A stretch of 64,000 nt of DNA from an uncultured delta proteobacterium (GCA_963804165.1 CAWDPO010000009.1:32001-96000), one strand, 5' to 3'; counted from the stretch's first letter, positions 30,245 to 41,737 are shown. The notes: a model not told the origin generated them from the letters alone. A program made the numbers and translations.

Positions 30245-31243
30245 ATGAAAAGAATTTCTTTTCCGATCCTGGCGATGTTTTTGTTCATGACTACGGCGCG
30301 CGCCGCGGAAGTGGAGGTGTTGAAGTCGAAGGGCAATCTCGATATCAAGCTGGGCCATCCCTCATCTATTTCTCTCTACGACTTGCCGGCGCTGCTGACC
30401 CACGAACGGTTGAATCGAAACGGCTGGAACGCGTCGAGCGTCGAGTTTACCCGCACCGATCTCAACGTCCAGGCATTGGCGCAAGGAACCATTCAGTTCG
30501 CCAATTCGCAAGTCATGGATCCAGTCCGCGCGACGCAAAAGGGCGCCAAACTCTCTTTCATTATGGAGAATAACGGCGGCGAGTTCCTGATGGTCGCCAA
30601 AAACGACATTAAAGATTGTAAGGAAATCGAGGGCAAAAGATTCGCCATCCATGGAGAAGCCTCGACTACCTCGCTCGCGGTCAAACTATGGCTGCTCAAC
30701 GATTGTAAGGTTAAGCCAAATATTATGGTGATCCCGGGCGGAGAAAACCGGATCGTCGCGCTGCAGAATAATCAGATCGACGCCACGCTCGTCCAGCTTG
30801 GCGACTGGCTGAATCTCGACGCCAAGGCACCCGGCCGCTACCGCATCATTAGGACCGGCAACCTGTTTAATATCAGCGGCGCCAGTTTTTGGGCGAATGT
30901 GGATTGGCTACGCAAAAACGAAGAGGTCGCGACCGCGTACATCGCAGAAACACTGAAAAGCTTCCGTATGGTTCACGCGAATCCGAAAATACTGGAGCCC
31001 CTGGTAGCGAAGCATCTGCCCGATTTGCCGAAAAACATCATCGCTCCCGCGATCAAAGCCTACATCGAGATCGTCCGCGCATGGCCGCAAAATGGCGGCG
31101 ACACTTCGATCCTCGATGATACGGTCAAGTTTTTTACCGACAATGGCGAGCTAAAGACCGCCATAAACACAAAGGAGCTCGTCGACTCGAAAATTCTCGC
31201 CGGCGCGCTGAGCAAAGTCGGCAAAGTCGCCGGCGCGCGCTAG
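30245..31243 (+). CDS. NitT/TauT-family ABC substrate-binding protein
   Basis: Signal peptide after a GAGGAGG RBS; followed by TauC and TauB homologs. Confidence 0.85.
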   Translation: MKRISFPILAMFLFMTTARAAEVEVLKSKGNLDIKLGHPSSISLYDLPALLTHERLNRNGWNASSVEFTRTDLNVQALAQGTIQFANSQVMDPVRATQKGAKLSFIMENNGGEFLMVAKNDIKDCKEIEGKRFAIHGEASTTSLAVKLWLLNDCKVKPNIMVIPGGENRIVALQNNQIDATLVQLGDWLNLDAKAPGRYRIIRTGNLFNISGASFWANVDWLRKNEEVATAYIAETLKSFRMVHANPKILEPLVAKHLPDLPKNIIAPAIKAYIEIVRAWPQNGGDTSILDDTVKFFTDNGELKTAINTKELVDSKILAGALSKVGKVAGAR

Positions 31244-31345
31244 AGAAATGTATTCATCGCATTTTGGTGCCCTGAGATGCCTGGCGGCCGCCCAATCCAC
31301 CCGAGGTTTAAAAGCTCTGATTGAAAAGCCTGGGTTCGTAGTCCC

Positions 31346-32116
31346 ATGAAGAAACGCATCGTCCTGGATTGGGGCCTTAGGCTCGCAGTTTTTATCGCGG
31401 CAGTTGGGCTGTGGGAGCTTTTTGTCAGCACTTCGCAGAACTTTCTTTTGCCCCGATTCACCGACGTGGCAAGCGGTCTCTTTCGTCTATTGTTTTTCGA
31501 AGCCAGGTTTTGGGAAGCTCTTTATATCAGTAATCAAGCGCTCATTTTAGGTTTCGGCATCTCAGTCGTCATAGGAATCCCTTTGGGATTGCTCGCCGGA
31601 CGATTCCGCTGGATGGATCGCCTTCTCAACCCCTATGTCGGCGTGCTGTTGACCATGCCGGTGGCGCCGATGATACCGATCGTGATCATCGCGTTGGGAT
31701 TGGGAATCGCTGCGCGAGTGTTCATCGTCGTTCTGTTTGCTTTCGTGTTTATCACCGTCAATACCCGCGCCGGTGTGCGCGGCGTGGAAGCCTCGCTCAT
31801 CGAAATGGCTAAATCATTCGGCGCGAGCGAGGGCCAAATCTGGCGCAGAATCGTGATACCCGGAGCGATGCCCGCCATCTTTGCCGGCATGCGAATCGGT
31901 CTGGGCCGCGCCATCACCGGCATGGTCATGGTCGAGCTGATTTTAGTCGCCAGCGGTTTAGGCCGCTTATTACTGGAATTCTCCGGCCGCATGCAGTCGG
32001 ATCTGGTCTTCGCCACGGTACTCGCCGTCATTATTGAAGCACTGGCATTGCTGGCGGGAATGCAAGCATTGGAAAAAAGGATCACCCGTTGGGCGCCGAA
32101 CATCTCGATCGGGTAG
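31346..32116 (+). CDS. NitT/TauT-family ABC permease
   Basis: LIEMAKSFGAS EAA loop and TM helices. Confidence 0.9.
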   Translation: MKKRIVLDWGLRLAVFIAAVGLWELFVSTSQNFLLPRFTDVASGLFRLLFFEARFWEALYISNQALILGFGISVVIGIPLGLLAGRFRWMDRLLNPYVGVLLTMPVAPMIPIVIIALGLGIAARVFIVVLFAFVFITVNTRAGVRGVEASLIEMAKSFGASEGQIWRRIVIPGAMPAIFAGMRIGLGRAITGMVMVELILVASGLGRLLLEFSGRMQSDLVFATVLAVIIEALALLAGMQALEKRITRWAPNISIG

Positions 32117-32896
32117 GTGAGTGAGATGATACGGGTGCATGGCTTGAGCAAAGAGTTCGGCACGCGCGATAACGGCGGCGGCGTGCTTGCGCTCAGTGAC
32201 ATCGACTTCGAAGTCCATGACAATGAATTCGTCACCATCATCGGCCCGAGCGGTTGCGGCAAGACCACTTTGTTGCGCATCGTCGCCGGACTGATTCCCT
32301 ACGACCAGGGCGAAGTGGCCATCGACGGCCTGGCGGTCACCGGACCCGGACCGGAACGCGCAGTGGTGTTTCAGAACTTCGCGTTGATGCCGTGGGCCGA
32401 CGTGCTTGGCAACGTAACCTTCGGACTTGAAGTCCGCGGCACGCCGCCGGATGAATGCCGAGAGAAAGCGAAGGATCTCATCAAGCTCGTCGGCCTCGAA
32501 GGCTTCGAGAAACGCTTGCCCAAAGAGCTGTCGGGAGGGATGCAGCAGCGAGTCGGCCTTGCCCGCGCGTTGGCGGTCAATCCGCAGATTCTGCTCATGG
32601 ACGAACCCTTTGGCGCCTTGGACGAGCAGACGCGCCGGCTTCTGCAGGAGCAACTGCTCAGGCTTTGGGAGGGACAACGCAAAACAGTGGTATTCGTCAC
32701 GCACAGCATGGATGAAGCGGTCATGCTTGGCGATCGCGTCATGCTGATGACGCCGCGCCCCGGCAGGGTCAAGGAAATGATCGACGTGCCGCTGCAGAGA
32801 CCGCGCTCGCCGCAAGTAGAAAAATCCGGCGCGTTTGTCGAGATCAAAGAATATCTGTGGGAAAACCTACGCGCCATGCAGGTGGGTGAATCGTGA
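32117..32896 (+). CDS. NitT/TauT-family ABC ATP-binding protein
   Basis: GPSGCGKT, LSGGMQQR and LLMDEPF. Confidence 0.95.
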   Translation: MSEMIRVHGLSKEFGTRDNGGGVLALSDIDFEVHDNEFVTIIGPSGCGKTTLLRIVAGLIPYDQGEVAIDGLAVTGPGPERAVVFQNFALMPWADVLGNVTFGLEVRGTPPDECREKAKDLIKLVGLEGFEKRLPKELSGGMQQRVGLARALAVNPQILLMDEPFGALDEQTRRLLQEQLLRLWEGQRKTVVFVTHSMDEAVMLGDRVMLMTPRPGRVKEMIDVPLQRPRSPQVEKSGAFVEIKEYLWENLRAMQVGES

Positions 32897-33714
32897 AACA
32901 GGAGACTGTCACGAAAGCCGCGGTCAAATCAAACACCGCGCGCACGCTCGATAGACTACCGGCCCTGTGGCGTTTCGCGCGCGAAAACGCACCTGAGGTT
33001 TTGGCTCTTTTCGCCGGAGCCGCGCTTTGGGAAGTCTTGGGTTGGAGCCTCAGGCTACAGTGGCTGCCGCCATTTTCGAAAGTGATGGAAGCGCTGGTCC
33101 AGTTCGTCGGCAGCGGAGTCATTCTCGCCAACCTGCGATCGAGCCTGCAAGGATTGATAGTCGGCTTCAGTCTCTCTTTGATTCTGGGACTCTTTTTGGG
33201 CTCACTCATGGGTCGTTATCGCCACGTTGAAAAAGCCCTCGATCTTTATGTTCACGCGCTCTTTGTCTGCCCGTCCATTGTTTTCGCGCCAATCTTCTTT
33301 GCTATTTTTGGTTTGTCTGACGCATCTCGTATCGCGATCATCGTGGTCTATTCCATGTTCGTTATCGTCATCAACACCGCTGTCGCGATCCGCACGGTCG
33401 ATCCGTCGCTGGTCGAGATGGCCCGCTCGTTCGGCTGCCGTGAGCGCCAGATCTTCACGAGAATTTTATTGCCGGCTTCTCTACCTCTGGTATTCGCAGG
33501 CATCCGTCTTGGCGTGGGGCGCGCGGTCAAGGGAATGATCAATGGCGAGATGCTGATCGCTTTTGTCGGTCTCGGCGCGCTGGCGCAGCGCTACGGCGCT
33601 CAGTTTGATGCCGCCAAAGTATTTGCTATTGCGATGGTTGTCCTTATAATCGGCCTCGTTAGCAACGCGCTCGTCCAAATGCTCGATAATCGGCTGACGC
33701 GTTGGGCCGGCTAA
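32893..33714 (+). CDS. NitT/TauT-family ABC permease
   Basis: LVEMARSFGC EAA loop and TM helices. Confidence 0.9.
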   Translation: MKQETVTKAAVKSNTARTLDRLPALWRFARENAPEVLALFAGAALWEVLGWSLRLQWLPPFSKVMEALVQFVGSGVILANLRSSLQGLIVGFSLSLILGLFLGSLMGRYRHVEKALDLYVHALFVCPSIVFAPIFFAIFGLSDASRIAIIVVYSMFVIVINTAVAIRTVDPSLVEMARSFGCRERQIFTRILLPASLPLVFAGIRLGVGRAVKGMINGEMLIAFVGLGALAQRYGAQFDAAKVFAIAMVVLIIGLVSNALVQMLDNRLTRWAG

Positions 33715-33746
33715 ATCCATTCATAGATGACGTTCCAGGCAAGAAA

Positions 33747-34298
33747 ATGAAAAAACAAATAACCTTGAAGGTAAACGGCGAAACGCACGATGTTGAGATA
33801 GAAGCGAATCGTCTTCTGTTGCACTTGCTAAGAGACAACCTCGGCCTGACCGGCACCAAAGAAGGCTGCAGCATCGGTGTTTGCGGCGCTTGCAGCGTCA
33901 TCGTCGACGGCCGCTTGGTCAGTTCCTGTTTGACTCTGGCCGCAGGCTGCGACGGCAAGAAGATCGAAACCATCGAAGGTCTCGCGAAGGACGGCAAGCT
34001 CCATCCGCTCCAACAGGCGTTTATCGAATACGGCGGTTTTCAGTGCGGCATCTGCACGCCGGGCCAAATCATGGCGGCCAAAGCGCTGCTCGACGAAAAC
34101 CCCAAGCCGAGCGAAGAAGAAGTCAAGGAATGGATGTCGGGCAATCTCTGCCGCTGTACCGGCTATTATAAAATTCTCGAATCGGTCATGGCTGTGGTGA
34201 ACGGCAAGACGGATCCTAATTACACGTTCCGCAAGCGCGAGACCACGGCGAAGATCCAGAGCCTGGACGTTTATAAGCCTGTCGCGAAGACGAGCTGA
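33747..34298 (+). CDS. (2Fe-2S)-binding small subunit
   Basis: CSIGVCGAC, QCGICTPG and NLCRCTGY. Confidence 0.93.
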   Translation: MKKQITLKVNGETHDVEIEANRLLLHLLRDNLGLTGTKEGCSIGVCGACSVIVDGRLVSSCLTLAAGCDGKKIETIEGLAKDGKLHPLQQAFIEYGGFQCGICTPGQIMAAKALLDENPKPSEEEVKEWMSGNLCRCTGYYKILESVMAVVNGKTDPNYTFRKRETTAKIQSLDVYKPVAKTS

Positions 34299-34416
34299 TC
34301 CTTGACGATAAATTAATTCATCGAGTTTGATTTCGGATTAGATAGTCGTATTTCGCGATTGCGCATTCGTCTCGGCATCTTATGAACGTCTTGAAATCAC
34401 AGAGAATATTGCAATC

Positions 34417-36707
34417 ATGTCCAAAGCAGAAAATTTTTCCGTCGTCGGTAAGCGCGTTCAGCGAGTCGAAGGTTTCGATAAGGTTACCGGCGACTCGGAG
34501 TACATCGCCGACATTTACCTTCCCGGCATGCTTGTGGGAAAGGTTCTTGCGCAGCCCCTACCCGCACGCGCGCATCCGCCATATCGACACGAGCAAAGCG
34601 GAAAAACTTCCCGGCGTGCGCGCGGTGGTGACCGCCGAAGACACGATCAAAAGACCCTGGGGCGCGTTCTTTGCCGACCAGTATATTCTGTCCGTCGGCA
34701 AAACCCGCTACGTCGGCGAGGAAGTCGCCGCGGTGGCGGCCATCGATCCGGATATCGCCGAGGAGGCGCATTGATCTCATCGAAGTCGATTGGGAACCGC
34801 TTCCCGGAGTATTCGACGCCGAAGAAGCGATGAAGGACGGCGCGCCGTTGGTGCACGACGACAAGCCGAACAATATCGCCATGCAACTTGGACCTGGAGC
34901 GCGGCAACATCGCTCAGGCCTTCGCCGAGTCCGACGTGATCGTCGAAGACACCTTCACCAGCATGCCGCAGTGGCACTGCTCCATCGAAACCATCGGCAG
35001 CGTGGCCGAATACGCCACCAGCGGCAAGTACACGATCTACATGAACACCCAGACGTTGTTTAACGCGCGCTACCGCATCGCCACGGCGCTGGGCGTTCCC
35101 GAGACCGACGTGCGCATCATTCAGAGCGCCGTCGGCGGCGGCTTCGGCGGCAAATCCTGCGACGACAACAACGCTTTGGTGGCCGCGGTCTTGGCGAAGA
35201 AAGCGCGTAAGCCGGTCAAGTTGATCAACACCCGCGAAGAAGAATTTCTCGCCGGCTGCCGGCCGCGCGTGTTCATGAAGATCAACGTCAAGATGGGCTT
35301 CAAGAAAGACGGCCGCATCCGCGCCAAAGAATTGAAAGTCATCGCCGACAACGGCGCCTACTCGGCCAAAGCGCCGGCGATCACCGGCGTCGCGGCGATG
35401 CGCCACGACACCTGCTATAAGTATTCCGACGTAAAGATCGACGCCAAGCTGGTTTATACCAACAAGGTTCCCACCGGCGCCTTTCGCGGCTTCGGCAATC
35501 CGTCGGCGGAATGGGCGGTCGAGCAGGCCATCGACTTAGGCGCCCACGCGCTCGGCATCGATCCTATGGAGATTGCCCGCATCAACGCCGCAGAAGTCGG
35601 CTACGTTTCGCCGCATGGCAATCGCGTCACCAGTTGCGAGCTCAAGCAATGCCTCGACATGACGGAAAAGATGATCGACTGGAAAGCCAAGCGCGCCAAC
35701 AAACAGCCGAACACCGGTTTGGGCTTGGCTTGCACGGTCCACGTCAGCGGCAAGCGCCACTTCGGCGACTACGACGGCAGCTCGGCGACAATCAAGATCA
35801 ACGAAGACGGCAAAGCGCTGATTCTCAGCGGCGAAGGCGAGTGCGGCCAGGGCGTGCACACGGCGATGTGCCAGATCGCCGCCGAAGAGCTTGGGCGTGC
35901 CGGTCGAAGACGTGGAAATTTCCCGCGCCGACACCGATCTGACGACATTCTGCTTGGGCGCTTTCGCGAGCCGGCTTGACCTACGTCAGCGGCAACGCGG
36001 TCAAGAACGCCGCGACCAACGTCAAGCAGCAACTGTTCGAGCAAGCCGCCGAAATGTTGGAGGCCAACGCCGCCGACCTGATATCGCGCGACGGCAGGAT
36101 TTTCGTCAAAGGCGCGGAAGGAAAATCGGTGACCGTCTCGGATGTCGCCCGCGCGCGATTATTCCGCCATAACGGCGCGCCGATCGTCGGCTCGGGCAGC
36201 TTCGACGCCGACTCGGTGCTCCCCGATAGCACGCGCTTCGGCAACGAGTCGGGCGCTTACAATTACGGCGCCCAAGCCGCGCAAGTGCACGTCGATCCGG
36301 AAACCGGGCAAGTTAAAGATTCTTGCAATTCGTCGTCGCCTCGGACTGCGGCACGGTGATCTATCCGCTCGGCGCCGAGGGCCAGGTCGAAGGCGGTCTG
36401 GCGCAAGGCATCGGCTACGCGCTCACCGAAGGATTGCAGATCGACGAAGGCAGGCCGCTCAATCCTAATTTTTCCGACTATCGCATTCCGTCCATGCGCG
36501 ACATGCCGCCGCTCCAGCATGCCTTCGCCGATTCTTATGAACCGACCGGGCCCTTCGGCGCCAAGGGTTTGGGCGAGCTCAACATGGACCCCACCGCGGC
36601 GGTCATCAATAATGCGATCTTCGACGCCGTCGGCGTGCGGGTGAAAACTTTGCCGATCACGCCGGAAAAAATCCTCCGCGCGCTGAAGGAGAAAGAACAA
36701 GTCATGA
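34417..36707 (+). CDS. Xanthine dehydrogenase/4-hydroxybenzoyl-CoA reductase-family Mo large subunit, with multiple frameshifts
   Basis: Continuous homology across ORFs 34417/34382/34671/34888/35891/35976/36323 (RSPYPHA, GGGFGGK, AFRGFG, ECGQG, KGLGE). No in-frame stops in the homologous segments. Confidence 0.85.
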
Positions 36708-37565
36708 TTCGCTTCGACTACCAGGAACCGACGACGCTCAAGAAAGCTTTCGGTTTGATGGAAAAGCATGGCGACGATGGCCGCGTCATTGCCGGCGGCA
36801 CTTCTTTGCTCATCATGATGCGCCAGCGTCTGCTCACGCCCAAAGTCGTGATCAGCTTGGCGCGCATCCCGAAGTTCGACAAAATCACCTTCAACGCGAA
36901 AGACGGCCTGCGCATCGGCGCCGGCGCGCGCCATCGCGACATCGAACTTTCCCCCGCCGTGCAAAAGCATTATCCCCTGCTCCACGAAACTTTTCGTAAA
37001 GTCGCCCAGCCGCGCATTCGCAACATGGGCACCGTCGGCGGCAATCTCGCCGCCGGCGATCCGCTGACCGATCCAGGCGCAAGCCTGATCGCGCTCGACG
37101 CCGAAGTGATGCTCACGAGCAGCAAGGGACAGCGAACGCTGCGCCTGGATGAATTTTTCGTCGACTACTATCAAACCGCTATGGAGCCCGGCGAACTGCT
37201 GACCGAGATTCATGTGCCGCCGCCGCAACGACCCGGCTGGTCGCACATCAAATTCACTCCGCGCAGCGTCGAAGACTTCGCCACGGTCGGCGTCGCGATC
37301 ACATTGAAAACCAACAACGGCACCTGCGAGGATGTTCGGCTCGGCCTCAATTCCGTCGCCTCGACCATCGTGCACGCAAAAAAAGCCGAAGAAGTTTTGC
37401 GCGGCAAAGCCGATCACCGATGCCGCTCTCAGCGAAATGGGCGACGTCGCCGCCACCGAATGCGATCCTACCGACGACAACCGCGGCTCCGCCGAATATA
37501 AGCGCGAGATGGTTAAAGTCTTAGTGCGTCGGGCGGCCGAAGAAGCGCTTCAACGCGCCAATTGA
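36704..37565 (+). CDS. FAD-binding medium subunit (frameshift near 37407)
   Basis: MIRFDYQEP, AGGTSL and IRNMGTVGGN; the C-terminus DDNRGSAEYK is in the next frame. Confidence 0.88.
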
Positions 37566-37760
37566 ATCCTCAGAACACGGGGCTCGACGTTCACAAGAAT
37601 TCGTTCACTCCGCTCGAACCGCGCACTATTTTTTAAACTCTCCGATTTCACGCCCTCGGCGCCGCGGCGGTGATTCATTCGCCGCTATCAGAGAACGTTT
37701 TGACGCTTCGAGAATTCCCGAAACGAAAAAATCCATGCGGTTGTCACTGGCGGGAGTTTC

Positions 37761-37828
37761 TTGAAGGGTTGAAACGTCTTGAACGGAGCGCAGCGATGGA
37801 ACGGCTGGAACTATTGGAACGGACTTGG
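37761..37828. repeat. TTGAAC/TGGAAC short-unit dispersed repeat, copy 1
   Basis: ttgaaacgtcttgaacggagcgcagcgatggaacggctggaactattggaacgg. Confidence 0.65.
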
Positions 37829-37852
37829 GCCTGAAGATCGAGTCTCGACGCG

Positions 37853-38047
37853 TCAGGTTTGAGGAACAGCCCAGCGCACTTTCCCGGCGGCGATCTCGCG
37901 AAGAGCGATAACAATATCTCGGTTATCAGATTTTATAACCGGCTTGGCTCCTTTTAGGAGCTGCTTTGCTCGTATTGAAGCCAGCAAGACGAGATCAAAA
38001 CGACTCGAAACTTTATCCAAACAATCTTCAACGGTTACTCTTGCCAT
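37853..38047 (-). CDS. rpoZ: RNA polymerase omega subunit
   Basis: [10 protein letters not shown]...[15 protein letters not shown]...ALREIAAG. Confidence 0.96.
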   Translation of the reverse strand: MARVTVEDCLDKVSSRFDLVLLASIRAKQLLKGAKPVIKSDNRDIVIALREIAAGKVRWAVPQT

Positions 38048-38307
38048 AGGCAAACACTGTAAGCGTCCGGATCGAAGAACACAAGGACAATTTCTGCAGT
38101 CCTACGGTGTTCACATCCTCAATTACCGCGAGTCTCCAGAATCGTCAGCGATCCCAAGGAGTTAGTCGAAACGGCAGGCCGAACAGGTGGTCATTTATTC
38201 ATTTCTTTCCTGCGCAGAGCCGGCGCAACATGTTTCGATTTGGGCCACTCCATAAACCGAGCTTAATCTTTTCCGAATCCACCGGGAACCTCCATTAGGT
38301 CCGAGTT

Positions 38308-38562
38308 TCACACACGCCGAGTCAATTCACCGCAGCGATGGCAGATCCAGAAATCCGAATACTGTCTCGCCGCGGAGCCTTCTTCACATATCTCACAATG
38401 GAGATGGCGGCAGTCGTCGCAAACGGTGCTACCCCTCAGCGCTGGGCGTATCGCTGGCCCCGAATTTACCTCGATGAGAGCAACGGATTTCGGCTCTCCC
38501 GGTATGTCCTTCACGGTCAGTCGCTGCATTTTCCCGTCCCGCATATCAGCCATCTCAAGCAA
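38308..38562 (-). CDS. Small hypothetical protein with three CxxC motifs
   Basis: CDDC, CEIC and CHRC near the C-terminus; start uncertain. Confidence 0.4.
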   Translation of the reverse strand: MLEMADMRDGKMQRLTVKDIPGEPKSVALIEVNSGPAIRPALRGSTVCDDCRHLHCEICEEGSAARQYSDFWICHRCGELTRRV

Positions 38563-39043
38563 CTGTTGCTGGTGTCGCTGCCCGTGCCTTTATCTCCGCC
38601 AAACCGCAGGCATCTTCTCGGTCCCGAGGGGTACGAAAAACAGAATTGTAATGATCGTTGTAACGTAGGGCGACCATCGCGGAATATCCCTTGGTTCGGG
38701 CTTCCGGTCCTGCGGCCCCGGGTAGTTTAAGCTCGGACGGCTTTTTGTAGTGCGCGGATGCTATACCCGATTGCCTGCAGTTACAATGGCACGATGAATT
38801 GCACGCACAACCAAGCATGCGTCGGTTGGATCGTTTGCAATAAAAGGCGCGCGCACGGGCGCGGTGAAATCTTGCTGGCTCCGAGCCGTCGCGCGAATCG
38901 CTGTTTTCAGCAAAACGTCAGAGGCTGAGATTGCAAATTCTTCGTATGTCCAGGGCCGGGCCTCATAGATTTTACACTTAAACCATAAAGCTTTGAGATC
39001 AATCGGAAGGCGCCATCCGAAGCTAAATGACGGGAAGCGAATG

Positions 39044-39280
39044 TTATTTCCGTTGTTGAATCGCCAAAATGGACGTGAGAGGCGCGCTGACTGTGACCAT
39101 TGTGCTGGCCGCGGCAGTAGAATGTTCATCCCATGTCGCGCTCGATCTACCGAAATCGACGCCTGCTGCCGCGTCAGCGTGAATCCGAATGTTGCCGATC
39201 TTAAAGGATCCTGCTACCGGCTGGTGCCATCCATCATTGAGAAGCACCGCGCTAATATTGTTTTCATTGATATCAAGCAT
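39044..39280 (-). CDS. Small hypothetical protein
   Basis: AAGGAG RBS before ATG (MLDINENNISAVLLNDGWH...). Confidence 0.5.
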   Translation of the reverse strand: MLDINENNISAVLLNDGWHQPVAGSFKIGNIRIHADAAAGVDFGRSSATWDEHSTAAASTMVTVSAPLTSILAIQQRK

Positions 39281-39801
39281 CGATTTATCTCCTTTGGATG
39301 CGTCTATTAGGACAAACAATCACGAGAAAGCAACTAGGGCCGGGCTTCTGACGCACGAATGCTTTGACTTTCAATGGCAAACTAGCATTTCCACCTTTTC
39401 CTCCGCCCGGCACGGCAAGATTGACGAGTGCCGTGAGAACGGATAATCTTGGTTCCGAAGCAGATGTATCGGCGTAAGAAATCGCCCAAGGGATATTGTG
39501 AGGGAGGTTAACCAGTGAAGAGCTCAATTAAAATATTTGCCGTCCTTCTTGGTGTTCTTCTTTTAGCATCAAGCTGCGCGAGCCTTAGCTATTCTGTGGG
39601 CAATACTGCCGAGCCAATCAATTGGCGGGAGTACAACGACTGTTGACGGCGTGAGAACCGCCCCTTTTCGCTCCCTGACCTCTTATTTCTCCCCGGCGTC
39701 CTCAGTGCTTCGGCGATACAATCATAAGTCGCCTCGCGGCGAACGTTCGGGCACTTCGACAATTCCCCAACGTGGCAGCTATAACAGCGTTGCTCTTCCC
39801 C

Positions 39802-39920
39802 TCGAACTTTTTGAACGTCAATTTGAACACTGGAACGTTTGAACCACCGCCAAGCATTGAACGAAACAATGCGGTTGAACGGCTCGAACGTTTGGAACGG
39901 CTTGGCTATTACTTTGAGCG
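39802..39920. repeat. TTGAAC/TGGAAC short-unit dispersed repeat, copy 2
   Basis: Nine GAAC-core units, ending cgtttggaacggcttggctattacttt. Confidence 0.7.
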
Positions 39921-39934
39921 ACTAAGCAGGAATC

Positions 39935-40231
39935 TCAACCTTCGTCCATGTAGTCTCTGCCGAATCGGAACTGCTCAAACCGTTTTTGTGTCTGGATCTG
40001 CTCGCTGGCGGACGGTCCGGCGCACGGACCATAGTAATCGATGTAGTCACCGCCACCCATTTGCGCGGGCCTTGCGAGATCCGACGGACCGACGGGTTGC
40101 AGTTTCTTGTGGCAGTACCCATCACCGGCTGCTTGCTGGTTAACTGTGGCCATATTATACGTGCCGCTAGTACAGCCAACGAAAGACAACAGAATCATAA
40201 CCAGTGACATCGTCAAAACGAAACGGTTCAT
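39935..40231 (-). CDS. Small lipoprotein
   Basis: Lipobox FVGC after a hydrophobic stretch; GGGGA RBS. Confidence 0.7.
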   Translation of the reverse strand: MNRFVLTMSLVMILLSFVGCTSGTYNMATVNQQAAGDGYCHKKLQPVGPSDLARPAQMGGGDYIDYYGPCAGPSASEQIQTQKRFEQFRFGRDYMDEG

Positions 40232-41046
40232 AAAATATCCCCTTTGGTCAGGTCACTATCGACCGAACTCCTATCCCTCGCGGTTAAGCTTATCAATTCC
40301 CGACGCTTCGGGAAAGGGCTCTCGTATTGCGCTATGTATAATCTAACCGAGTAAAGGTTCGTTGCGCCATTTGAGAGTCTAACCTTCCTGAGCCGCAAAA
40401 TGCGGAGAAGGAAGGAGGAGCAATGGAGGAGTTTAGGATGTCCGAATCAGGTTACTCTTGTCCGCTACGCGTCTTCGGCGTCTCGGCAATGCATCATCAT
40501 TTGCCGTGCAGAGAATGTTTCGACGTTCCGATAATTCCCTAAACCTGAAACTATGACCGAGTTGCGCTTCCCTTGAACGTTGATCTTTTAAGCCTGCTCC
40601 CGTTTTGAACGACTTGAACGTCTGAAACGACTAGGTTTTTACGGTCGCCTATTGATTTTGGCACATCACCGCACTGCGTTGCGCGCAATCTCCTACTTGT
40701 TCCAATCACCGATAGCCGTAGGGAGCCATGCTGCCCGTTGCCCGTTATTCATCGAGTCATGAGGGATGGCGCGGCGCCGAACCGAGCGTACGCGGATGCG
40801 TCGTCAGACTTTCGAACGCTCCCCTTGAATAAACTTAACCAACATTTAAATAAACCTACCGTCAAATCTCAGCACGGTGATTTGCTATCGACGCGAGAAA
40901 CGTTATTGTGAATTCATCGTGCCTCGATTTTCTTCACGTCTTATGAGACCAGCAAAACCATGAAACGCGAGCCATCAGATGCCGACAGGTCGTCGAACAC
41001 AAAACATAATTCTGCGAAGAACATTGGTCGCTGAACGCAATGAGCC

Positions 41047-41595
41047 ATGTGGCAAGAGACCATCACTCTGATTCCTGCGCTGGTCGGACTCGTCGCTGCC
41101 GCTGGAGGCGTTTGGGCCGCTCGCGCGGCCCATCGATCGGCTGTTACCGCACAGGAAGTAGCGAGACACGCGGAAAAGGTCGACCGTCGCGGACTGATGA
41201 GAGATCTGAGCACCACGGCTCATCGTGTTGTCGCTGAATCTTTACAGATAGGTTTGCTCATCGAAGAATTGAAGATCGAGTACCGAATGCTCGCTACCTC
41301 TTCGGGCCAATCGGGAAGTTCAAGAGAGAAGCTGCTCATCCAACGGGCCGAAGCGAAGCAGAAAGAAATGTGGCCGTTGCAGGAGGAAGCACGAAAATTG
41401 ATCGAAGAGCGGGCGCAACTTGGCAATGCTTCAGAAGAGGACTTGACGCAATCACTGAGCAAATTCGATGGCTATCTCGTTGAGGTACTCCGGATAAAAG
41501 ATAGCCTTGTCAGGGAAGTCGCCGCAACGGCAGGCGACAACCGAATTCACCGTGAACGCCGCGTCAAAGCTCTCCATCAGCACCACTTAAGATAA
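41047..41595 (+). CDS. Hypothetical protein (N-terminal TM, coiled-coil)
   Basis: 182 aa ORF with an N-terminal hydrophobic helix and a charged helical body. Confidence 0.6.
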   Translation: MWQETITLIPALVGLVAAAGGVWAARAAHRSAVTAQEVARHAEKVDRRGLMRDLSTTAHRVVAESLQIGLLIEELKIEYRMLATSSGQSGSSREKLLIQRAEAKQKEMWPLQEEARKLIEERAQLGNASEEDLTQSLSKFDGYLVEVLRIKDSLVREVAATAGDNRIHRERRVKALHQHHLR

Positions 41596-41737
41596 TCGCA
41601 TGCGAAGCCTGACTTCGCTTAGTCACTGGCTTGGGGACAAAGAATCCTATCCTGCTTGCTCGGTTTGGGCCTTTTTTGAAGCGGGATATTTCCCCGGGTA
41701 CCCCTCGCGCCTTAACGGTGAACTTTTTCAAAGGACG

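Noticed and set aside
36323-37501. Apparent fusion of the Mo-subunit C-terminus to the FAD subunit (…KEKEQV-MIRFDY…)
   Set aside because: Removing one A in GAGAAAGAAC gives GAG AAG AAC AAG TCA TGA, a standard ATGA overlap, and the region is full of +1 errors.
23899-37565. Selenium-dependent molybdenum hydroxylase system linked to the Sec gene
   Set aside because: No yqeB, yqeC or selD in the window, and the loci are about 20 kb apart, so there is no direct support.
39802-39920. CRISPR array
   Set aside because: Units are 7-9 bp and degenerate, with no spacers and no cas genes.
40380-40560. Possible riboswitch/ncRNA in a long intergenic region
   Set aside because: Some hairpins, but no Rfam consensus I can recognise. 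An Infernal search would be needed.
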